DNA of 5,209 bases from Caecitellus pseudoparvulus (taxonomy: Eukaryota; Protista; Bigyra: Bicosoecida): NCBI GenBank assembly GCA_965644315.1, contig CBFFRQ010000189.1:1-5209 (forward strand), in the 5' to 3' direction. The notes below the pieces were generated by a model, which worked only from the letters and a program-made list of their open reading frames with translations, was not told the origin of the DNA and searched no databases. Of this stretch, positions 1 through 5,209 are shown one piece after another. The number at the start of each line of letters is the position of its first letter. Within the stretch, counting starts at the first letter, position 1. The position numbers and the translations under genes are program-made.

Positions 1-524
1 TCACCGGCCAGAGCGAGCAGCTCGCGCACTACATCAATGTGCCCATTCGCACAAGCAAGCCGGAAGCCGTACTCTGGCACACCCTCACGCCCAGCATGCA
101 CATCCACCTCACGATGCCCAGTCAGCGCCAGCAGCTCGCGCACCACGTCAATGTGCCCATGCTTACAGGCAACCAGGAAGCCAGTCTCTGGCCGGCCCTC
201 AGGACCAGCATGCACATTCACCTCGGGGCGCCCGGTCAAAGCTAGCAGCTCACGCACTATATCCACATAGCCGTATGCACAGGCCCACTGGAAGGCAGTC
301 TCAGGCCCAAAGACACCTTCTGCATGCACGTCCACCTTACGAGGCCCAGTCAGAGCCAGGAGTTCACGAACCACATCCAACTGCCCGTACTTGCACGCCA
401 CACGGAAGCCAAATTCAGGACCATACAGGTCTGCTGCGTGCACATCCACAGCAAGCCCCCCCTCCAGCGCCAACAGTGCACGCAGCAGCCCAACGTGCCC
501 TGTCTTGCAAGCAACATAGAAGCC
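1..524 (-). repeat. 114-bp coding tandem repeat array of gene A (at least 5 units)
   Basis: + strand motifs such as cagctcgcgcaccac and catgcacatccacctc recur about every 114 bp. Confidence 0.9.
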
Positions 525-677
525 AGCCGCTGTCTCTTCGCCAAACAATCCTCCTAGCTCCGGATCCACTCCTCCACGAGATCCCTGCAGCATGCTCAAC
601 AGAACATGCGCGTTTTTATCTTCACATGCAGCATTCCATCGCGCCAAAACCGACTGATTCTTGCTCTCAACAGCCAT
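1..677 (-). CDS. Gene A: 38-aa ankyrin-like repeat protein, 3'-partial (continues beyond left edge)
   Basis: Absent from the ORF track because it has no stop in the window. Manual translation from ATG 677 is open to base 3: MAVESKNQSVLARWNAACEDKNAHVLLSML...AAGFYVACKTGHVGLLRALLALEGGLAVDVHAADLYGPEFGFRVACKYGQLDVVRELLALTGPRKVDVHAEGVFGPETAFQWACAYGYVDIVRELL...GFRLACANGHIDVVRELLALAG. At least 5 repeats; start context CACGCCATGG is shared with B and C; in-frame TGA upstream at 762-764 with no intervening ATG. Confidence 0.9.
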   Translation of the reverse strand, partial: MAVESKNQSVLARWNAACEDKNAHVLLSMLQGSRGGVDPELGGLFGEETAAGFYVACKTGHVGLLRALLALEGGLAVDVHAADLYGPEFGFRVACKYGQLDVVRELLALTGPRKVDVHAEGVFGPETAFQWACAYGYVDIVRELLALTGRPEVNVHAGPEGRPETGFLVACKHGHIDVVRELLALTGHREVDVHAGREGVPEYGFRLACANGHIDVVRELLALAG

Positions 678-952
678 GGCGTGGTGGGCGCAGATTCCGC
701 ACTCAATTCTTGAAGCACAGCGGCCTCCGCTGCGCTGATCAGTCAGACAGTGACAAGAGATTCACCTCTCTCACAAGCAGGCCTGTGTGTCGTACACGCG
801 TATGTTTGAATTTGCACTGCACTGCGCATTGTGCCCCGCTTCCTCGAGCAATCCACCACAGCAGACGGGGCCCAAGCAAGCAACCATCTCGTCCATGGCT
901 CGCTGCCAGCTGTGCCTGGTGAGCAAGCGTCCGAAGTGGCGCACGGTAACTG
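678..952 (-). promoter_or_regulatory. Conserved spacer block, copy 1 (putative 5' UTR/promoter of A and 3' region of B)
   Basis: Alignable by eye over its length with 1885-2155 (gcgtggtgggc..cagattccgcactca; gacagtg; aatttg.ac.gcactg.gcattg; cttcctcga; gacggggccc; tgcctggt). Regulatory role inferred from position only. Confidence 0.55.
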
Positions 953-954
953 AC

Positions 955-1884
955 TCAGGCAAGCTGGGCTGCCCGCAGCAGCAGCATGGCCACGCGGCCT
1001 CGACGAGTGCACGTACCATGCCAGACAGCATCCTTTGCAGGCTGCACAGCCACCTGCCCGGCTTCTATTCGCGTCCGTAGTGGAATGGCACGATCACCTG
1101 TCAAGGCCAGCAGCTCACGCACCACACCAATGTGGCCATTCGCACAGGCATGTACGAAACTATAATCAGGGACACCCCTGGACATCGCATGCACGTCAAT
1201 TTCACGGTGACCGCTCAACGCCAACAACTCACACACAACATCGGCGTGGCCACACTCACAGGCAGCTTGGAAGGCAGCCTCAGGCCCATGCCAATCACTA
1301 GCATGCACATCCACCTCGCGAGCACCACGCAGAGCCAACAACTCGCGCACCACATCTACGTGCCCGTTCCAACAGGCTTCTCGGAGGCCAGCCTCGGGCC
1401 CATCATCATCAAGGGCATGGACATCCACTGCTCGCTGACCACTCAATGCGAGCAGCTCGCGCACTACATCAACATGTCCGCTGCCACAGGCGATCCGGAA
1501 ACCAGCTTCAGGTCCATCACGGTCACCTGCGTGGACATCGACTGTCCGGTGGTGGTCCAATTTCAACAGATCACGAACGACGTCCAAGTGACCAAGCGAA
1601 CACGCAAGCCGAAAGCCAGCCTCGGGCCCATCCCAGTCTTCCTTGTGAACATTCACAGCAACGTCCCCCTCCAGCGCAAGCATTTCCTGCAACAAACCAA
1701 CATGCCCCATCCGACAAGCTGCTAGGAAGCCAGCCGTTGTGTCGTGACATGATAGCGCTTCCAAGACTGACACCGGGCCATGATCAGGCGCATGTAGCAT
1801 GTCCAACAGTGTAGTCGCACGATTTTCACCACAAGCAGCCCTCCAAAGCCTCGCAGCATCATCCCCAGCTCCCTTTTCAGCCAT
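955..1884 (-). CDS. Gene B: 38-aa ankyrin-like repeat protein, 6 repeats with N-terminal leader and C-terminal tail (about 309 aa)
   Basis: Within track ORF 955..1983, which starts at a GTG. Start moved to the ATG at 1884 (MAEKG...), positionally conserved with A and C. Repeats GFxxACxxGHxDVVRELL match the ankyrin L-x-x-A-x-x-x-G-H-x-E-V-V-K-L-L-L core. Confidence 0.9.
   Translation of the reverse strand: MAEKGAGDDAARLWRAACGENRATTLLDMLHAPDHGPVSVLEALSCHDTTAGFLAACRMGHVGLLQEMLALEGDVAVNVHKEDWDGPEAGFRLACSLGHLDVVRDLLKLDHHRTVDVHAGDRDGPEAGFRIACGSGHVDVVRELLALSGQRAVDVHALDDDGPEAGLREACWNGHVDVVRELLALRGAREVDVHASDWHGPEAAFQAACECGHADVVCELLALSGHREIDVHAMSRGVPDYSFVHACANGHIGVVRELLALTGDRAIPLRTRIEAGQVAVQPAKDAVWHGTCTRRGRVAMLLLRAAQLA
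1081..1731 (-). repeat. 114-bp coding tandem repeat array of gene B (6 units, more diverged)
   Basis: 38-aa periodicity in the translation, from GFLAAC to the terminal RAIP. Confidence 0.9.
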
Positions 1885-2155
1885 GGCGTGGTGGGCACCA
1901 CAGATTCCGCACTCAGTCCTTGACGCACGAAGGCCTTCGTCCTGCTGTGCCTGACAGTGGCAAGTGGAATGCCAGCCCCTCACAAGTCAGTGTGTCTTGC
2001 ATTGGCTCATCTTAATTTGGACCGCACTGTGCATTGCACCCCACTTCCTCGAACAGTCCGCCACGGATGACGGGGCCCGAGCGGGCTACCACCCCTCCCA
2101 TGTCTCGCTGCTTGCTATGCCTGGTCAGAAGGAGTCTCAGGCGGCACACAGCAGC
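1885..2155 (-). promoter_or_regulatory. Conserved spacer block, copy 2; contains the empty transposon target ATTTGGAC (2015-2022)
   Basis: Homologous to 678-952 and to 3417-3554 joined to 4951-4972. Confidence 0.55.
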
Positions 2156-2246
2156 GGGAACAGCTCAATGACCATTGAGGTCCAGCTACTCCAGCATCAC
2201 TTTTGCACTCCCATTGTGTCAGTCAGCACGCAAGCCAGCCCCCCCC
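2156..2246 (-). pseudogene. Decayed tenth (terminal) repeat of gene C
   Basis: Removing one G from the G8 run (2239-2246) restores repeat register: AGLRAD*HNGSAKVMLE*LDLNGH*AVP aligns without gaps to gene B's terminal repeat YSFVHACANGHIGVVRELLALTGDRAIP. Stops at 2219-2221, 2186-2188 and 2165-2167. Confidence 0.8.
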
Positions 2247-3416
2247 ATCGCCTTTGAGCGCAGCTCGCACATCCACTTTGCGATCACCCGTGAGGGCTAG
2301 TAGCTCGCGCACCACATCAGTGTGGTGGTTCATATAAGCATCCCGGAATCCAGCTCCAGGCCAGCCCTCTGGCCCAGCGTGTACGTCTACCTCGCGGTGT
2401 CCGCTCAGGGCCAATAGCTCCCGCACCACATCAAGATGCCCGTTCTTACAAGCGAGGTGGAAGCCAATCTCAGGCCAGCCCTCAGGACCAGCATGCACAT
2501 TCACCTCACGATGCCCGCTGAGGGTCAGCAGCTCCCGCACCACACCAAGGTGGCCGTTCTGACAAGCAGCGACGAAGCCATACTCAGACCTATCTGCAGG
2601 CCCTGCATGCACGTCCACTTCACGGTCGCCGGTCAAGGCCAGCAGCTCTCGGACCACATCCAGGTGCCCATGCTCACAGGCTTGTCGAAAGCCTTGCTCA
2701 GGACCGCCCTCCGGCCCAGCATGCACATTCACCTCACGATGCCCAGTCAGCGCTAGCAGCTCTCGCACCACATCAATGTGACCATTGCGACAGGCAAGGA
2801 CGAATCCAGCGTTTGGATTGCCCTTAGGTCCAGCGTGCACGTCCACCTCACGATGCCCTGTAAGAGCTAGCAGCTCCCGCACCACACTGACATGCCCATT
2901 CTCACAGGCGAGTTGGAAGCCAGCTTCACGTCGGCCCTCAGGCCCAGCATGCACATCCACCTCACGATGGCCCGTTAAGGCTAGCAGCTCGCGCAGCAGA
3001 TCCACATACCCGTGCGCACAGGCCCACTGGAAGCCAGTCTCGGGCCCAAACACACCTTCTGTATGCACATCCACCTCACGATGCCCAGTCAGCGCCAGGA
3101 GTTCACGAACCACACCCAATTGCCCACATTTGCACGATTCGCGGAAGCCCAACTCGGGTGTACGCAGGTATCTCCTGTGCACAAACAAAGAAAGCTTCCC
3201 CTCCAGCGCCAACAGCTCACGCAACAGCTCAACATGCCCTGTCCGGCACGTAACAAAGAAACCACCCGCTGTGTCAGCACTTGACAAACCTTCAACCTCA
3301 AGCCCCTGGCGATCTTCAAGCCCTCGCAGCAAGGTCAATAGTACATCTGCCTTATCAGCTTTACATGCAGCCTTCCATTGCGCAACAAATGACTGACTGT
3401 CGCGCTCAGCAGCCAT
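2223..3416 (-). CDS. Gene C: 38-aa ankyrin-like repeat protein, 9 repeats, C-terminally truncated (about 397 aa)
   Basis: Within track ORF 2223..3593. Conserved ATG at 3416 (MAAERDSQ...); alternative in-frame ATGs at 3515 and 3593, the latter inside the transposon. Nine RELL repeats at 38-aa spacing. Confidence 0.85.
   Translation of the reverse strand: MAAERDSQSFVAQWKAACKADKADVLLTLLRGLEDRQGLEVEGLSSADTAGGFFVTCRTGHVELLRELLALEGKLSLFVHRRYLRTPELGFRESCKCGQLGVVRELLALTGHREVDVHTEGVFGPETGFQWACAHGYVDLLRELLALTGHREVDVHAGPEGRREAGFQLACENGHVSVVRELLALTGHREVDVHAGPKGNPNAGFVLACRNGHIDVVRELLALTGHREVNVHAGPEGGPEQGFRQACEHGHLDVVRELLALTGDREVDVHAGPADRSEYGFVAACQNGHLGVVRELLTLSGHREVNVHAGPEGWPEIGFHLACKNGHLDVVRELLALSGHREVDVHAGPEGWPGAGFRDAYMNHHTDVVRELLALTGDRKVDVRAALKGDGGGWLAC
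2247..3263 (-). repeat. 114-bp coding tandem repeat array of gene C (9 units)
   Basis: Example unit HVSVVRELLALTGHREVDVHAGPKGNPNAGFVLACRNG is 38 aa; strong DNA-level similarity between units. Confidence 0.92.
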
Positions 3417-3554
3417 GGCGTGGTGTGCGCAGATTCCGCAGCCTACGCTTACAACACAGCGGCCTCTGCTGCCCTTCGCTGCCTGACAGTGGCAAATGGC
3501 ATGCCAAAAACTCATAATCCTGTATATTTTGCGTGAGCATGTTTTAATTTGGAC
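3417..3554 (-). promoter_or_regulatory. Upstream block, copy 3, proximal part (interrupted by the transposon)
   Basis: gcgtggtgtgcgcagattccgca ... gcctgacagtggcaaatggcatgcca ... ttaatttggac matches copies 1 and 2. Confidence 0.55.
3547..3554 (+). repeat. Left target-site duplication ATTTGGAC
   Basis: Identical to 4943-4950; single copy at the paralogous site 2015-2022. Confidence 0.93.
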
Positions 3555-3581
3555 AAGAGTGTCCCAAATGTAAATTTTACA
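3555..3581 (+). repeat. Left terminal inverted repeat AAGAGTGTCCCAAATGTAAATTTTACA
   Basis: Compared with the reverse complement of 4916-4942 (CAGGGTGTTCCAAGTGTAAATTTTACA), mismatches fall at positions 1, 4, 9 and 14. Confidence 0.9.
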
Positions 3582-3635
3582 TGTAAAGGCCATTTTAGGG
3601 TGCCTTGTAAAGGGTTTTCGTGTAAAAATTTACAA
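3569..3635. repeat. Left TGTAAA/TTTACA motif cluster (6 copies)
   Basis: Copies start at 3569, 3576, 3582, 3606, 3621 and 3629. Confidence 0.85.
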
Positions 3636-3701
3636 ATCTTGCCCCCCCAAATTGGTCTCAGTCACTCACATGCATTGCGAGCAAATGCACGCAAATGGTG
3701 G

Positions 3702-4588
3702 CTACTCTCTACACGGGCGCTTGCCGGGAGCCTCTGCAGCACCGCTCAACTCACCCTCTGCTGGCTGCTGGCCAGCCAGGCCGCCCGCAGCTACGAATAC
3801 ACGCCGCAGTGAGCCACTCCCAGCAACCTCTGCGCGCGCTCGAGTCGCGCACGAGATCGCATCCGCGACGGCAGCAGCTTCGCGGCGGCGCTTCCTAAGG
3901 AACCGCTCCTTCATGGACGTGCACAGGTCGCGGTTGCAGAGCACCATCATCCTGGCGTGCAGCCAGACCTGCCCGCTGTTGCTCATCTGTTTGTTGCTCT
4001 CCATGCGCGTCAGACGACTGATGGCGCGCTCCGCGTCCGTGCTGGTAACCGGGATGCACCACAGCGCCTCACCAATGCGAGCCATCACGGGAAATTCCTG
4101 CCGCAGCTCGCGCCAGGCCAGGGTGCCACTCTGGTACTGGACCTCAGCCCTCTCTTCTTGGCCTCCGTCATTGGCCACACGCTCCGCTCGCGGCGGTTGG
4201 CAGTGGTGAACTCAGCAGCAGTGTACCCGCAGTACATGGCCAGCTCACGCTTAGCCAATCGCACCCTTTTCCCCGTGCGCGTGATGCAGTCCGGGACAGC
4301 TTGCTTGGGCCTCCTCCCTGAGGCCTTGACGTGCTTGGACGCCAGGGCGAAGTAGAGAAACGTCTCCATGCCGGCATCTGGGAACTGCGATTGGTACAGC
4401 AGAAGCTAGCCAACATTGCGGCAACGCTCTGCCTTGGACGGGGGGCCAGCTTTCTCAAAGTAGTGGACGATGGCAGGGCGGCATTCCTGGCAAGAAAGGC
4501 CCGGCGTGTCTGTGACCCACGCTGTGTCACTGTCCCCCACAGTCTCCGCGTTTGCCATCCCCTGCACAATATTTGATACCACAGGCAT
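3702..4588 (-). pseudogene. hAT transposase C-terminal remnant (in-frame stop plus frameshift)
   Basis: WRELRQEFPVMARIGEALWCIPVTSTDAERAISRL (4115 to about 4011) fits the hAT C-terminal dimerisation-domain pattern W....FP.LA..A...L.IP.TS...ER.FS, which carries the catalytic Glu (codon 4029-4031). Track ORFs 4406..4588 and 4085..4369 share a frame separated by TAG 4406-4408, and KRELAMY precedes a frameshift between about 4120 and 4211. The upstream limit of 4588 is tentative. Confidence 0.8.
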
Positions 4589-4851
4589 ATTTTATAAGCT
4601 GCCTTGACCTGTCTGTTAGGAGGGCGCGGCGCAGAGTGCCTTCCGGGCCGCTACAGGGCTTGTAAAGGGCACAGCTTTACACGGCTTGCAAAATCCGCAG
4701 CGTGCCATGCGGAGCTTCGCAAACAGCATCGGCATGCACCAGAGCGGAGCGCAAGGGGGAAACAAAGGGTGGATATCACACATTTATGGCTTACAGAGGT
4801 GGGCAGGGATGTTGATTAGTGCGAAAGACGTGTTTGTGGCGATTTAGCTCC

Positions 4852-4928
4852 TTGTAAATTTTTACAAAAATGGAGCCTCCCGGAGCCTTGTAAAGGCGTG
4901 TATGTAAAAACACCTTGTAAAATTTACA
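4852..4928. repeat. Right TGTAAA/TTTACA motif cluster (6 copies; 2 more at 4661 and 4676)
   Basis: Copies start at 4853, 4861, 4889, 4903, 4916 and 4923. Confidence 0.85.
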
Positions 4929-4942
4929 CTTGGAACACCCTG
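4916..4942 (-). repeat. Right terminal inverted repeat CAGGGTGTTCCAAGTGTAAATTTTACA
   Basis: Begins with hAT-like CAGGG; pairs with 3555-3581. Confidence 0.9.
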
Positions 4943-4950
4943 ATTTGGAC
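4943..4950 (+). repeat. Right target-site duplication ATTTGGAC
   Basis: Identical to 3547-3554 and directly abuts the right TIR. Confidence 0.93.
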
Positions 4951-4972
4951 CGCACTGTGCACTGCACCCCAC
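4951..4972 (-). repeat. Upstream block, copy 3, displaced distal part
   Basis: cgcactgtgcactgcaccccac matches 2023-2044 cgcactgtgcattgcaccccac at 21/22 positions; similarity then stops. Confidence 0.85.
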
Positions 4973-5209
4973 CGGCTGGCGCAAGCAACGGCAGCTGCAC
5001 CTGATTTGAATGACGCCTCCTTCCCTGTCTTCAAGGCGAGTCACCCAATCAAGGAGGTGCACTAATTCAGGCTTCTGCTGACAGGCTGTCACACATGCCA
5101 CTCCACCTCAGAACTATGAGCTTCGAGAGCCTTGCAGTGTCGAGCTGTCGCGCTGAAAGTTCACGGACCAGGCAACGATCCAACAATTCAGGGACGGATT
5201 TTTACCGTG

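Larger units (their letters stand above)
3555..4942 (-). mobile_element. Non-autonomous (internally deleted) hAT-superfamily DNA transposon, 1388 bp
   Basis: 27-bp TIRs (23/27 match), perfect 8-bp flanking direct repeat, CAGGG terminus, subterminal TGTAAA motifs, hAT C-terminal transposase motif inside, and a paralogous empty site at 2015-2022. An 8-bp TSD is characteristic of hAT elements. Confidence 0.93.

Noticed and set aside
1885-1983. Track start of gene B at 1983
   Set aside because: It is a GTG, and the equivalent GTG upstream of gene A (774) is out of frame; the ATG at 1884 is conserved in all three genes.
2247-3263. Constant/variable alternation resembling a CRISPR array
   Set aside because: The units are in-frame coding repeats, the variable parts are mutually homologous, and there are no cas genes.
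1-3416. Diversity-generating retroelement as the source of variation
   Set aside because: No reverse transcriptase or non-coding template repeat in the window, and I saw no sign that differences are restricted to adenines.
37-3517. Many + strand ORFs (e.g. 275..922, 1132..1725, 2436..2756, 2785..3396) with internally repeated peptides
   Set aside because: They are largely antisense shadows of the GC-rich 114-bp coding repeats; only the minus frames give a recognisable ankyrin-like pattern.
3505-3570. AT-shifted substitutions next to the insertion (tgtgtgtc vs tgtatatt), suggestive of RIP or methylation-driven decay
   Set aside because: Only a handful of changes with unknown ancestral state.
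4590-4596. TATAAAA on the minus strand next to the ATG at 4588
   Set aside because: Too close to the ATG to serve as its TATA box, and the downstream frame is disrupted.
5000-5008. cctgatttg duplicates the right junction (4939-4947)
   Set aside because: A 9-bp match with no accompanying TIR sequence; compatible with chance.
3652-5101. Other ORFs within or crossing the transposon (3652..4209, 3957..4355, 4168..4569, 4791..5000, 4862..5101)
   Set aside because: No recognisable motifs; they overlap the transposase remnant in other frames or cross the TIR/TSD junction.

Overview
This GC-rich window is most likely eukaryotic, based on Kozak-type CACGCCATGG starts and a hAT-type DNA transposon. 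Bases 1-3554 hold a head-to-tail tandem array of three paralogous, apparently intronless minus-strand genes (A: <1..677, running off the left edge; B: 955..1884; C: 2223..3416). They are built from an unusual 38-aa (114-bp) ankyrin-like repeat with a near-invariant scaffold and a few hypervariable positions, and each gene has a homologous upstream block. A 1388-bp defective hAT transposon (3555..4942) has inserted about 140 bp upstream of gene C. It has 27-bp imperfect TIRs, an 8-bp TSD ATTTGGAC, TGTAAA subterminal motifs and a broken transposase remnant, and the paralogous empty site is visible upstream of gene B. Gene C ends at a frameshift in a G8 run, followed by a stop-riddled fossil terminal repeat. 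Bases 4973-5209 are unassigned.
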